A stretch of DNA of 64,000 bases from Lama glama (taxonomy: Eukaryota), in the NCBI GenBank assembly GCA_028534125.1, contig CM052849.1, positions 8,618,001 through 8,682,000 on the forward strand, given 5' to 3'. The position numbers and the translations under genes were made by a program. Below are positions 10,871-23,790 of the stretch, piece after piece; the stretch's first letter is position 1, and the number at the start of each line of letters is the position of its first letter. The notes under the pieces were generated by a model, which was not told the DNA's origin, searched no databases, and saw only the letters and a list, made by a program, of their open reading frames with translations.

Positions 10871-12756
10871 AGGGCATATGGAGGTCGGACACTCGAGATT
10901 TCTCATGATCACATCTTCGAGAATCGTTCGTAACTGCAATACAGCAGGCTACCTGATTCTAGAACCCCTTGGGCAGGGCACTCTGGCACACAAAAAACAA
11001 ACAGGCAAGAGAGACGACTCTTCGGGAAGAGGCAGAGAGCTCAGAGGCCCTCGGCCGCGGACCGGAGATGGGGAGGCGAGGGCTGGAATCTCTCGAGTCT
11101 CAGGGAGGAGGTGACCCAGCCTGTCTACTCGCTTCTCCTGCAGCGGCAGGGACCACAGTCTTGCAAGAGGGGCTGCGGGCCAGCCCAAACCCCGCTGTTG
11201 GGCCTTGGACACCCACGGGAACCTGAGGAGAGTGGAGCTGTCCTGGGAACACACAGGCCAGTCCAGGCCGCTCCTTGGGGGAGAAGCGGGTCTAATGGTG
11301 GGGCCTCTGGCCTCAGAGGCAGCATAGAAAGCGGTTCAGCAGATCCCAGAAACTCTGCAGGGCCTCCCAGGGGTGGGACAAGGGGTTTCCCAGAGCTAGA
11401 GGGGTTGCTGGAATTTCTGGTTCAAGTGTAGAGCCGGAGCCTGCTTCATACCACCAATACCAGGACAACAGGACCACCTGGCAGGAAGCCAGCTGATCTT
11501 AGCATCATTTAGTCAATTCTTTTTTGTTTGTTAAACAGAAGTGGATGCCTTCCCTCTCCTCTGCCACTAAGGGTCTTCCAGAAAGCATGGGAACAAATGC
11601 ACCTCAAACTTCCCTACTCACATCCTGTACCTCATTCCGGCTCTTGCAGAAGGAGCAGGGCCGGAGATGGCCAGCATCCCCCTTGTGGAATGGGGATGGA
11701 CAGATGAGCCTCGGCAACCTGCCCTCCCACCCTGGCGGGCTTGTGCTAAAGGAGGAAATTAGAGGGAGAGCAGCTCCCTGAAGGACAAAGACCGCCTCCC
11801 CCGCCGGCCCGGCACAAAAGCTCCCAGGCAGAGGGCGGAAGGCTGGTGCCGATGAAGTGCTCACCGGGCCAGAGGCACACTCTGCTTTCGATTAAACAGT
11901 CATTATTTACTCCAGTCAGGACCAGCGCTGGGGCCAGCAGATGTCACGTGACCCACGGGCTGGGGTGGGAGCCGGCAGCCCTGCTGACCCAGAAATCATG
12001 GTGCCCTTACGTTGCCTCCACACTGTGCGACGATCCAGACACGGCTGGAAGACCTCATTAAGTTCCCGTGATGCTCCTATTGAAACAGAAATTCATCACA
12101 GGATTGCCTTATTCCTCCCAGGAAAACACTCCTGTCTAGCCTTGCCGGCTGCCTAGCCTGCTCAGAATACTTACGAACATTTTCATCAGTGACAGAACTG
12201 GGGACCTGAAACAGATTCCAGACTTTTCCCAGGCCTGGGTTTGCTATTGCTACATAATTTCTGGCTCGAGTCTCAAAATAAAGTCATCACGAGTTACAGC
12301 CTTTCTTCCTCTCCTTTTCCTAGCTCCACCAAGGGACCTTTCCAGAAGAGCATGAGCTTCAAGTCTCTTCCACTTGGAAGAGTGGTCGGTGCCGGAAATT
12401 TTAGCTGTCATGACGTATCGGGTCTGAAAAATTGATGCTTTAATTTCAAGCATGGTAAATTCTCATCCCAGTGGCTGTGAGAGTCATCATACACGTTTTA
12501 CAGATGAGAAAACAGAGGTGCCCAGAAGCTCATGAGGCAGGTTTTCCCCAAATCCTCACATCCTTGCAGATCATGCATCCTGGAGTCTAACCGACCCTGA
12601 TTCTGTAACCCCACGAGGGCAGGGACCCTGCCTATCTTCTGTACCATAGAACAGCGCCGGACACAGAAGAATTCAAATGTGGAATCTTGAAGCTCAGAGA
12701 GGTGGCCAGAGTTTCCAATTTCTTCAAACAGAAACAGCGACACATCTTTAGGCCTA

Positions 12757-12770
12757 CCACTAGGTGGCGC
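12757..12770 (+). promoter_or_regulatory. CTCF binding motif
   Basis: CCACTAGGTGGCGC matches the CTCF core CCASYAGRKGGCRS at all 14 positions, retains its CpG, and lies in apparently unique DNA. Confidence 0.75.
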
Positions 12771-13169
12771 TGTCAAGGACACAGGTGATGAACGTGGGGT
12801 CGGTCCTAGGTCCAAGGCTTTGTCCTAATCTTTTGAGGTACATTCAGAATGAGCTGGAAGAGATCCCAAAGAAGCACCAGCATCAGTGGCACCTTTTCAC
12901 GGTGGTGGGGCCATCCGGGCAGATGTGTCTTGGGTTGCCACCCTCATCTCTGGGTAGTCACTGGCTCTCTAGACCAGGCACCAGGCGGAGGCAGATTCCA
13001 CCGCTTCCCATCCCGCCTCTGAGCAGCCCAACAGCCTCAGGGCTCCCAAACGTACTCAGCCCAGAACCAACAAGGGTGCGAGCGTGTGTTCTTTTCCTTA
13101 ATCGGAGAAGTTGCAAGTGTCTGACTTTTTAACATCTAGCGAAACTGAGCACCAACCTTAGGGGTGTTA

Positions 13170-13445
13170 ATTTCTAAAACTAGCTTTATTTTGGAATAGT
13201 TTCAGGTTTACAGGAATGTTACAGAGGCAGGACAGAGAATCGCGCCCCGTGCACACTTCGCCTGGCTTCCCTGATGTTTTCCCAATGACCATGGTACACT
13301 TGGCAGAGCTAAAAACAAACAGGTCTGTTCATAGTCATTCACTCACTCCAGGCTTTATTCAAATTTCAGCAGTGTTTCCACTGCTGTCCTTTTTTTTTTT
13401 TTTGGTCCCAGGATCCAATGCAGGGCATCACATTCCATGCAGCAG
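13170..13445 (-). mobile_element. L1MC-type LINE-1 3' end
   Basis: tttattttggaatagtttcaggtttacaggaatgttacag and ccaggatccaatgcagggcatcacatt. Confidence 0.75.
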
Positions 13446-13571
13446 AGTGTTCGGTCATGAATTAAGGATTATAGTATGTTTCCTAAATCAGCCAAAAAAG
13501 AGGAAGAAATCCCCTGTGACTCCTATTCCCCTGCCCCAATGCCATTATCAAGTTTGCTCTATCTTCTAGAC

Positions 13572-13770
13572 CTCTGAGGTCCAATACGGTACCCACTAGC
13601 CAAAGAGGTCTTTTCCGTTTCAACGTTAATTCTCCTTAATTTTAATTTCTCACCCACCTTGGCTATGTTTCAAGTGCTCAGCAGTGTGTGTTACTAGCCG
13701 CCCTGGCCCTGGGCAGGAGAGGTTCTAGAAATTTCTATTATTACTTAAATTTCTATTAAACAGCACTGTG
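13572..13770 (-). mobile_element. hAT-Charlie MITE, MER3-like
   Basis: gtccaatacggtacccactagcc, tttcaagtgctca, ttctattaaacagcactg. Confidence 0.7.
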
Positions 13771-16389
13771 CTGGATCTTTTTCTGCATTGTGCTACAAGT
13801 ATGTGTTTGAACACACGCCTTTAATTTTTGTTGTAAAGGCTGTAGGCTACTGCGTACATTTTTACCTGATGTCTTTTAGCCATCACTCCACAATGGTACC
13901 TATGCGTCTGCCCATTTTGGCCACTGCAGGGTGGTTCACAGAATCATCATTCTATAAGTCATCCCCTTTTGGTGGGCACTTAGGTTGTTCTCAAAGTCCT
14001 ATTACAATAAAGGAACATTGCTTGTTCCAGCTAAAAGCACCCTAAATTGACTTCAGAGTAGAGTGACTTTGGCCAATAAGAGAAATACTCCCCCAGAAAA
14101 GTTCTTTCTGTACCTTCAGAACTATGCTTTCAGGCCCATGACCATGCTCAGTGAGACTAGATGCAGGAGGGAAACTCAGCCATGGGGCCAGGCGGGCGGG
14201 ATGCCAGGGTCTGCCCAGAAGTGGGGTGTGTTTCCGGCCACTGCTGAGAGGCCTGAGCCAGAGACACCATCCGGCCACTCACAGATAAAGCAACGTGCTA
14301 ACCAGCCTAGAAAACGGTATCCAACCAGGATCTGAGGGTCTGAGTCCTGTGGCTTGATTGGCAGATACCAAGTGCACCGTAGGAAACAGCAGGAGCTGGT
14401 TCTAGAAAAGCAGGCTGGTGGCAGCAGTGTGCCAGCACCTTCCGGAATGCCATTTAATGCAAAGTGACTCCACTGAGTAGATCTGTTACCACCATTTTAC
14501 AGACGGAGAGATGGGAGGGTTAGGAAACCTCCCCATTCTGTTCCCAAAAAAGTTCCTGCTGGGAACTGCCGGAGCTGGGACACGAACTCCACATGGAGCC
14601 TGTGGTCCCTATGCAGGCCGGCGGCCCGTGCCCCCAGGGCGGGCAGGCACACGAAGAGAGCACTGGATCCCAGCTTCCCCTAGTGTTCCCATCTTACATT
14701 GCCATGGCGTCGATCAGAGCTCGGAGGTGCACTGGTATATTACCAGTCACTGAAAACCAGGCTCTTTGGATCTCGGCACTGTTTCCCCTTCTGTCCCCAT
14801 CACTGCCCGCCATGGATCAGACTCCTGTCTGTAAGCATGGGCGCCACTTTACAAAGGATGAGACGGAGGCTCGGGGGACTGTCCACCAACTCAGACCCCT
14901 CCCAACCCGACCTTGCTGAGTAATCCTGGGCACAAGTTGTGCCTGGAGTTTCTCTCATTCAGTGAGAATCATGGGCTTATAATTAAGAGCTGTAGCACTC
15001 AGGCAAGGCTTCTTGGTAGGGCGAGATTAGAAGTGGGCCCTAAGGAAAGGCAGGTGGTAGGGGCATGGGAAGCATCGCTGGTTTTGAGCAGAGACCTCCT
15101 ACATGCCTGTGTTCCACCCTCCCTCCTCCTCCAGGCAGCACAATTTTAGGCACAGAGAAACTTAGTCCCCAGTAACTGAGAAATCCTAGGCCCGGAAGCT
15201 TCAGACCTCCAGATCTTCGTGCTTCTGATCAGATTCAGCTGGCAATTCACCCCCAGGGCTCAGACACCAGGTCTACAGACCCCCCGGAAGCACGTTGGCT
15301 GTTGCTGGCTGCACTGCCTGCGTGGGACAGCCCAGATCCATCTTCCGAGATGGCCGAAGGCCACGGGGCCCACCTGTAAAACTCCCAACCTGGGCATCCT
15401 CAATGTGGCTTGTCCTAGCAGAAGAGTATTTTTTCGTGGTTTCAGCCCCACTCCTCATTTATCACAGCGGGCCTCTAACAATGAACTGGGGCAGAAGGGG
15501 GCCCGCGAGAAGTGGGGGAAGTTTACATGAGATTCCCCTGGGATGCTTTCAAAGCATGCAGAGGCCTGGGCGCCGCTCCAGACCCAGTGAAATCACCATC
15601 CCCAGGAACTGGGGCTCTGGTCTCTGGAGTTTTACAATCTCCCAAATGATGGCTCCAAGCCAGCATGAGCCACAATCCTGAATGTGTGGCCCGAGACGGT
15701 AGGAATCTTTTGAAGGAGTGGTGCGTGAAGAGAGGCATCTTTAAAGGTCCCGTGGGCGCACTGGGCAGACTGGGCCCCTGCTGGGTGTTATTCCTATACC
15801 ATTTGAGTCAAGCCCCTCTCCTCCCAAGCAGGGGGTCCCTACTGGAGGCAAAGCAAACAGGTCACCGTATTGATGAAAAACTGCGCCCCATCCCAGTGTG
15901 GATGAGATGACACTTTGTAAAGAGTACATTAAAGATTCTTCTTTGCAGGAGCTCCCCACCTGGATTCAGCGTTCGTCAAGTGCCCGGCACGACTACTGAG
16001 CGAGAGACGGGTCATCATTTTTCTTTCTGTTCAGAACACTTCACCCCAGAACAAAAACTCCGAGGGCCCTCTGTGTAGGTTCCCAGGATGTAAATCATGC
16101 TTCCGAAGGAAAGTTTACATCCATATTTGCATCCCACCAGTGTCAGCAAGAACCTTTAAGTATAGGGGTTTCCTGAGTTTTAAATACCTGAGCTTTAGTT
16201 TGTAAGTTACACTTGTTTTATTAAACCGGGTATGTAAACGTGTATCATTAGAGCATCTCCCCACCTCTGCAAACCAAAGCAATACAACTTTTAAAAAGTC
16301 CATTTGTTTACTATTTTATTTTAATATCTTACTTCTCAGTTCTGCCGCCCGGAAGAATTCACTACTGATATGTTGGTGTGTATCTTTGT

Positions 16390-16590
16390 CCCCAGGGCAA
16401 AAATCACCCCCGTAGTTAAGAACCACTAATCTACATCCAGCAATGCTGGGGGATACACCTGAAGGTTGCTGCTGGTATCTGTGGGTAGGGGTCCAGGACA
16501 CCGCTGAGCATCCTACAATACACGGGACAGCCCCCAAGCAAAGACTGACCCAGCCCCAAACACCTCCAGTGCTGAGACTGAGAAACCTTG
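16390..16590 (+). mobile_element. hAT-Charlie MITE MER20 with its 5' end inverted
   Basis: 16433-16590 is collinear with MER20 (gctgctggtatctgtgggtagggg, catcctacaatacacgggacagcccc, gagaaaccttg). 16390-16432 is the reverse complement of the MER20 5' end. Confidence 0.85.
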
Positions 16591-17830
16591 CTCTCGATAA
16601 ATTCTGTGCATTCACACACAGGCACACGTATTGAAACAGCTCTGGATGCTGCTCGTTGCCTGGTAACACTGAGGCCACGTGCGTTGCTCTGATGGATGCA
16701 TCTTCCATCGAGCGTTTTTTTTTTTTTTTTAAAAACTGGAAGTCATCTAATGCCTGTTACCTACATCTTAGCACATTTATCCACCAAATTCAAGTCGCCT
16801 GAGCTGTTGCATATGTGTCTCTTGTAGCCAAGAGAGAGGACTCTGGAACAGCAGAACAGAAAACCAGCTCCGGCCGGCAGAGCTGGACACCGTGCGGCTG
16901 TGTGTCCACCCACCTGTGCACTCACAAAGGGTCCTCTGCATCGTTGCGTTACTGGGGGCCTGGGAGGAAACCTTCCCTCCAGGAAAGAAAGGGCCGCTGT
17001 GGACGCTGCTCTCCGGGTCCTACGCCTGGAAGCGCACATGAGTCACGGCTTTGAAATCTACCTCGGATGCCAGCTGAACGCAGAGGCTTTGCAACATCAA
17101 GTTGACAGATGTAGCCGGGCCTGCCCTGCTAGGGACAGGCTCATCCATTTCCTGGGTTAAAAGAAATATTGCGTTTTTAAAGAGGAAAGAAACATATTTA
17201 AGAGATAAAGGAGGGGGAAGAAAGAGAAGCGTTTTCTGGTCATTAATTATAATAAAACACAGGGGGGGAAATTCACTTTAAAGGCCTGCTAAAGCCCCCT
17301 AATCTTCAAAGAGATAGAGGAGGCTCAGCTGCCCAGGAAGAGAGAAACTTCACCGGGGCACCACCATTCCTAACCTGCTGCAAACAGCTCAAGCCAGGGC
17401 TGGAGTCGGTGGACCGCACTGGGCTGGGCACACTACACTCCTGCCCAGCTACTGCCCCGTGGGTGCCAGGCTCGGATCCAACCACGTGCGGTGGGATGGA
17501 GCTGGTTCCCCATCTGCCCCAGGGCCAGCACGCCCAAATGTTCACACTTCTTTTGGGGCCTCAAACTCTTGTTACCTGTTGGGACCCTGGCGTTCAGGGC
17601 AGAGTTCCAATTTAACGCCATCAGATCGTTGCCAGGTGAGAATGCACACCCGTGTGGTCTTTGGGCACAAGAGGCCCATCTCCTGGTTTTTCTGTCTCCG
17701 TCAGGTCACTGCCGTGCAAAAATGCAGACCTAGCATTGCCAGACTTGGCTCACAAGGAGCCAGTCCAGGTTTTTGTGGCCACTGTCCCTGATGGCACACG
17801 CCAAACGCCTGCAGCTGAATTGAGCCCTCT

Positions 17831-18200
17831 TGTAACCACTTGGACCATCTTGAGGGAGGTGACTTCAATTAATGCCGGAGTCTTAACGGCTGAACAGGAC
17901 TTTATTTATCCAATGACCTCCTGGCTTGCTAGTCTGGGGTGTTGGAAGAACCCAAAGAGTTTTATAAGGCTGAGGGTGGGGGTACTGCGTCAGGGAGAGA
18001 ACTGAGTATTTTGGGGGAATGGTATCGGCATTTAAGACTTCTTATAAATGTCCTGAGAAGTGTGTTTGCAAGCGCAGAGAATTCGGTTGTCCAACGGGAA
18101 CCGGTTCTCCTGTGGGGCTTGTACCAAGAATAGAGGCTTTATAAGCTTTTCAATGTTTTGGGGGGGAAAAAAACTTCCAACTTTCTACTTAATTCCAGAG
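17831..18200 (-). mobile_element. Probable solo LTR, family not identified
   Basis: On the minus strand a TATA-like cttataaaa (about 17965) precedes aataaa (about 17903) and a ..gttaca terminus at about 17831. Confidence 0.35.
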
Positions 18201-18387
18201 GTGGGGAGAGAAGTAAGAAATTTGGATCACCCTGGAGAGGCAGGAAAACTCTTGCCCCCAAACACTTCCTCCCTCCCAGTGCTGCTTGGCCAGGCAGGAC
18301 CAGTCCTAACATGTGCACTGCAGACTGCAGGTCCTGACTCATTAGAGGCCTTAAAACTCAGCGCCTTGAGTTGGGCAAAAGTAGAAA

Positions 18388-18480
18388 GGAGGGTATAGCT
18401 CAGGGGTAGAGCACATGCTTAGCATGCGTAAAGTCCTGGGTTCAATCCCCAATACTTCCATTAAAAAAGAAAAAAATAGA
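18388..18480 (+). mobile_element. Camelid tRNA-derived SINE (Vic-1-like)
   Basis: ggagggtatagctcaggggtagagcacatgcttagcatgc..gtcctgggttcaatcccc, with Pol III A and B boxes and an A-rich tail. Confidence 0.85.
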
Positions 18481-18554
18481 AAAACTGGAATTCGCTGTGT
18501 ACAGAAGGGCAGATATCGCTTCAAGAGGCTTCTGTTTCCATTTCATACACACAC

Positions 18555-18740
18555 GTGGGTCCTGGAGCCGGCACCTGCAGACCTACAAGCCCGTTTGGCC
18601 CACCTTGTCCCAATTCCACGATCGATGACTCCTAAGCGATCATTTGAAATTGGTCCTGGTGTGAGTATTTACACCGAGGGAATTGGCCAACAAACCAGAA
18701 TCCTTCCCCCAGGAGAGCTGGTTGTTTACACGGAACTAGG
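18555..18740 (+). mobile_element. hAT-Blackjack MITE, MER63-like
   Basis: ctggagccggc, ttgaaattggtcctggtgtgagtatttacacc, ggagagctggttgtttac. Confidence 0.7.
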
Positions 18741-19860
18741 GGGGCACCGGCCAGTGAGGAGGGTGTGTGCCAAACTCCTCCTCTGCCCGTAGAGAGGAAG
18801 TCACATGTTGTAGGTGGTGTTTCCGGGGATTTGTGGGTTTACCGGGAGCACCCTCGGGAGTAGGACCTGTGGGGACCAGAGGAGACAGGTGGGGCTTCCC
18901 CTGGGAGAAACTGAACCATAATGCAGCTGAAGCAGGGGCCTCAGGTGACCCCCCTGGGGGGCCTTGGGACAAGGCCATTCCAGTTGCACGGTGGAGATGA
19001 GCTCTGTGCCCTTCTGAGACCAGCCGTGGAGTGCAGGTGGCCCCTGAGGAGGGAGCAGATGCCGGGTGAAGCCACCCTCTGCAGAAGGCAGTTCCCAGAG
19101 AATGATGGACCTGGGAGCCATTAGCAGCCCAGACTCACAGCCCTGGGGGAATGTTTCAGTCCAGAGAGAGACGAGCTGGGTGGAGTCTAGAGAGGAGATG
19201 CTACCCTCATGTGAATGAGCCTACACTGGAGAATGGCAGGCCATGCTTTGGGCCCAGCTGTCCCAAAGTCAACCGATAGCCAGTTGACCCCCAAATTCCA
19301 CCCAGCGGCATGTCACAAACTCTTGCCTCAAATATATCCTGAACCCTCCCAGATTCTCCCTATTGGCTGCTGTAGAGAACAGAAGGAAGACGACCAGCTG
19401 GCTTCATCCATGGTGGTGGAAGGTTTTACTCTCCTATCTTTAACATTTGTACTAGTTAGTTTCCCACTGGCCTAAAACTAAAAGCTGAACTCCCTTCTCT
19501 AGCTGACAAAGTCCTGCATCGTCCAGCCCCCTCTGTCCTTTTCAGAGGCATCTCCTACCCACTCTCCGCCATATTCGGCCTTCCTGCAGGTTGAGAGCAA
19601 ACCCAGTCGCATCTTACCCTCCTCTCCTCTTTGTTCCCTCCACCCGGAAGCCTCTTCACTCCTGCCCTTGGCTTCGCTGGCTTCCTGGTCTTTAGATCTC
19701 AGCCTGATCCGCTGCAGGCGGCCACCTTTGAGATCTTCTTATTTGTCTGAGTGTCTATGGTGGCCGCGCTGGGCCACGTGGTGAAGAGTGATTACATCCT
19801 ACTACTGGGACAGGAGAAGTATGGCTCTTTCTTGAAGGCAAGAGATCACACCTATATTCT

Positions 19861-20014
19861 TTTTTTTTTAATATATTTTTTATTGTTTTTGGAGGGGAGA
19901 TAATTAAGTCTACTTATTTAATTTTAGAGGGGGTACCGGGGATTGAACCCAGGACCTTGTGTATGCTAAGCATGTGCTCTACCACTGAGCACATGCTATA
20001 CCCTCCCCACCGTT
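19861..20014 (-). mobile_element. Camelid tRNA-derived SINE (Vic-1-like) with TSD
   Basis: Reverse complement of the same SINE head as at 18388; poly-T tail at 19861; target-site duplication cctatattct at 19851-19860 and 20015-20024. Confidence 0.9.
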
Positions 20015-23000
20015 CCTATATTCTTTAGGTCTGCAATCTGATACCTCCAACAATGCTGGAACACAGCCGTTGCTCCAGTGTGTATTGGCTGAAAAATTAA
20101 AGGCAACTGAACTGGTCTAAGCACCAGCTGGAGATCACGCAGCTGGGACCCTATCCAGGCAAGATTCCAAATGCAGAACACGTTCCTTACATCCTCTCAG
20201 CCCACTGAAGTTTACCTGCAATGTCAGTGGACAGCTCCTGGCCCTTGGCCTCCATGCTGATGCCCCCCCCCACACACACACACTTCTAAAGAATGTGCGC
20301 CTTTCTGCCTGAGAGCTTTCTCTGGCCACAGCAGCATGCTATTAACAATTCAGACGTGTTGAGAAGTTGACACTTGGAGTGATCCTCTCATCCATCGGAA
20401 GCCCGGGGCGAGTGGTTAAATACCCCGAGCTTCCTCCTTAGAGAACAATCCTGAGGTTTGGTCTAAGCAGTTTCTCAAGAGATTCCCAATAGGAGAAACC
20501 TGAGTTGCTCAGGGTGGTCACCGTATGAACAGCCCCTTTAATGGGAGGCCGTCCTGGAAAGCATAATGGAGTACGGAAAGGGGACAGAAGGGGGGAAAAC
20601 TGGCCAACTTAGCTGTACCCCAAGTTCTTGCCTGACTTTTGGAGACTTCTGACAGACCCTGAGCCGGCAGGTTGGCTAAGGTGGTCCCCTTGGGAGCTGA
20701 TGGGTGGAACCCAATATGAAGCCTCGTCAATTCGGGTCTCCGATGACACCGCGCCCCAGCACTGGCCATCTCCGAGCAGAGCGGCAGTTGGCTGCAGGGA
20801 CCGACCATTTCCCATGGAGCAGAAGCAGGTGCACTCAGGAGCCCTGGGAGGGGGAGGACCACCTTGAGCCACTTAGCCCAGCATTCTGGGCCGGAGATTG
20901 CAGGAGCCACCCCACCTCACACGTGGAAGCCTTCAGAGGCAGGTCCGGGGGCCCCACAGATTTATAGGTTGCAATCTCCTGCCTTGATCCTGGGCCACTC
21001 GCTTCCCGCACCCTCCCCACTCTGCATTCTCTACCTGCTCTGAAGTTATTGGGGCCTGGTGTGAATTTAGGAACCATAAAACCATCAAAGGGCTTGGCCC
21101 TGAGAACAATCAGTTGCGGAGTTTGCAATAAAGGAACATCCTGCCCAGGAAGGTGTGAGACTTCAAGGCAAGCTGATGAGAGAGACTTCTGGAAGGGCCT
21201 TCTCCGGGGAGTTGGACACAGCTCACACATGGGATGGCTTAAAGCGCCATCTGGCCTGGAGACGGGCGGATGGACCTCGTCAGCTGCCACGCAAGTCCCT
21301 GTCTCTCCAGGGCTCTGGGAGGAAGGCCACCCTGTCCTCCCCAGGACATCCACTCCAGTCGTCAGCGCACCTGGGCATGCATCAGACGGGACCACGTTTT
21401 CTAAACCAGCTCCTCCGTCCAGAGCCCCCTGCACATGACATCATCCTCCTTTCCCACCGGCTGGTTGCTTCTCTCCAACCTCTGCACTCCCTCGGGCGAA
21501 GTACTTGAATGCAGCCAAGTGTGTGTGCCAAGGATGCTGGAAACAGGACAGAGGTGCCCAGGGCAGTGCCTGTGGGCAGCTTCCTATCCTCAGGGGAGAA
21601 TGAGGGCACTAGAAGACAGAACCACCCCCAAACCACAGAGGGACGAGAGCCGGGGAGCCATGCCGGGTAAGGGCGGGGGGAGTACAGCGGGGCTGTTTTA
21701 GACTTGTCCACTCAATGCCACCTCCTTAGGAAGGCTTCCCGAGGGCAGACAGGAAGTGAGCCGTGCTGGTCTCTAGGAGAAGCGTGTTCCTAGGGCAGAG
21801 GCTTGAAACAGGATCCATGCTTAGTGTGTCCAAGGACATCGGTGGGACTAGTGTCTGCTTTCTCCCCCCACGACTCCCTACTCATCACTTATGTCTTGGT
21901 CTCAACATCCCCCCTTCTCCAGTATCTCGCACCTGGCCAGATCCTACTCAGAGGACCTTTCATACACAGTGCAGGTGCCACCTCCTCCAGGAAGCCCTCC
22001 CTGCCCCACTCCGACAGAGAGCTGCCTAAGCCAAGGTCACGCTCTTCCCTGTGTATCCCACAGCCAGGGACACGCCCATGCAGGGGTGTGAAGGCCTGGC
22101 CAGACCATCGCAGGATACCTGGGAAGGGTCATTCTGGAGCCAGGGCTCCCGTGGGATTGGCCAGCACGGTCGGTGGGTTCCAACTGCAGCTCCCCCGTTC
22201 CACAGGGTGTCGATCCCAAGGTCACCCTCTAAACTTCGCTTCAGCCCATTTCCAGGGAGACTCAGCCCATGATGTTCTGGGGGTACTTATCTGTCATCGT
22301 GGTCGCAGCCATGACCAAGCAGACAGCTGCCGTCTCGCTAACAGTTCATCCAGCATCCAGCCCGTTAGCCCCTTGAATAAGCACTTGGTGTGGGTACGTA
22401 AATTCTAAAGTGCTCAGAGTTGAGTGATCTTAACTCCATTTTACAGAACATGGGGAAAGGGACTTGAAATAGGTCGCCCAAGGTTTCCTAGCAGATGAGA
22501 GGCAAGCTGGGGTCAGACACCAACCCACGTCCTCAGGCATTAATCAACACAGTCCCCGCTTTCTTGGCTGGTCATCCCCATCGCATTCCTGCTCCCAGGA
22601 TGGTCATGACCTGGCCTCCCACCTGCGTGGCAGCCCCCAGAGTTGCCATCTGTTTCTCTCAAAGGTACCTGAGCCTGGGATGAAGATTATCAGCCCCTTG
22701 TCGGCTGTTACCCAGTTCTCTCAGCGTCATCTCATGTCCCACTCTTAACGCGTTTTCCTGGACCTCGGACATGGTTCCTTTCTGTGCTTCTCTGCATAAA
22801 GCCCGCTGACCACTGTCACCAAGCAAAGGTCCTGCCCCTTGATGGACCAGCACACGCTCATCTACAGACACCACACTGTCCAAGAGCAGGGGTGTGGCTT
22901 GTTCACCATCACACAGCAACGGCACTGGAGTGGGCTGAACTTCCGTCTCGCCCATAGAAGGTGCCTGTGCCTGCAGGGACTTTGACGTTCAAGAGAAGGG

Positions 23001-23589
23001 GGACCAGCTCTGGAGCCTGAGGCAGCCACAAGGGTCCCCAGGCTTCCCTAACAAGCGCTAGAGCTGAGGTCGTTCGGGGCCCCAGGTAGAAGTCAGTTTC
23101 ATAGTATTGGCACATCCCTACACTTGGCCTTGGGGGCAGCCCTGCTGTGGTAGGGAGAGGGATGGATAAAGGGAAGGGGGTCGGGATTGGGATCACTAGT
23201 CCTTCCAGGGTGTGTAGCCTTGGGCAAGTTCCTTATCCCCATTTTACAGCCGAGAAAACTGAGGCTCAGCTGGGGGCTGGGCAGGAATTGCTTATCTGTC
23301 TTAAAGAGTCTGTGCCTCTGATTTATAGCTTTTATGAAGCACACACAGTTGTCCCAGCAACCCTGTATCTGGAACGGAGTCTGAGCAACTGTAGACGGCG
23401 GTGCCTCCTCTCAGTAATGTGAAATCTGCACCGTGCGTCTCTCCTGTATCTCGTATGTTCCAAGAATCCTTGCACAGGAGGCCTGATAAGAACTTTGTGT
23501 GCTTTTTAGGGGATTGACTGGCCTGTGTTTGGAAAGCCCATGAGGCTGTCAGCCATCAGATTAGTCAGCAGCCCGGAGAAGCTCGGGGT

Positions 23590-23790
23590 TTAGGGCCAGG
23601 CAGATCTGGGCTTGAATACTGGTTCTCTTCCTAGTCCTTTGACTCCAGGCAGGTGACTCTACTTCTCAATCTTTCTCCGTCTATAAAATGGAAGGATTCT
23701 TTCCCCAGACCTCACGGTTGCGGTTTCAGAGCTTGGATGCTCTTTGCGTCTTTGGCCCAGACCGAGTGCCTTAAAACAGGCACCATTGAT
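23590..23790 (+). mobile_element. MIR SINE
   Basis: ccaggcagatctgggcttgaatactgg..gtgactctacttctcaatctttctccgtctataaaatgg. Confidence 0.65.

Noticed and set aside
18388-18460. tRNA gene
   Set aside because: A and B boxes are present, but the A-rich tail and a second copy with a TSD identify it as a SINE.
20835-22408. ORFs of 199 and 201 aa
   Set aside because: GTG/TTG starts, P/S/G/R-rich composition typical of GC-rich non-coding DNA, partial overlap with L2-like sequence, and no recognisable homology.
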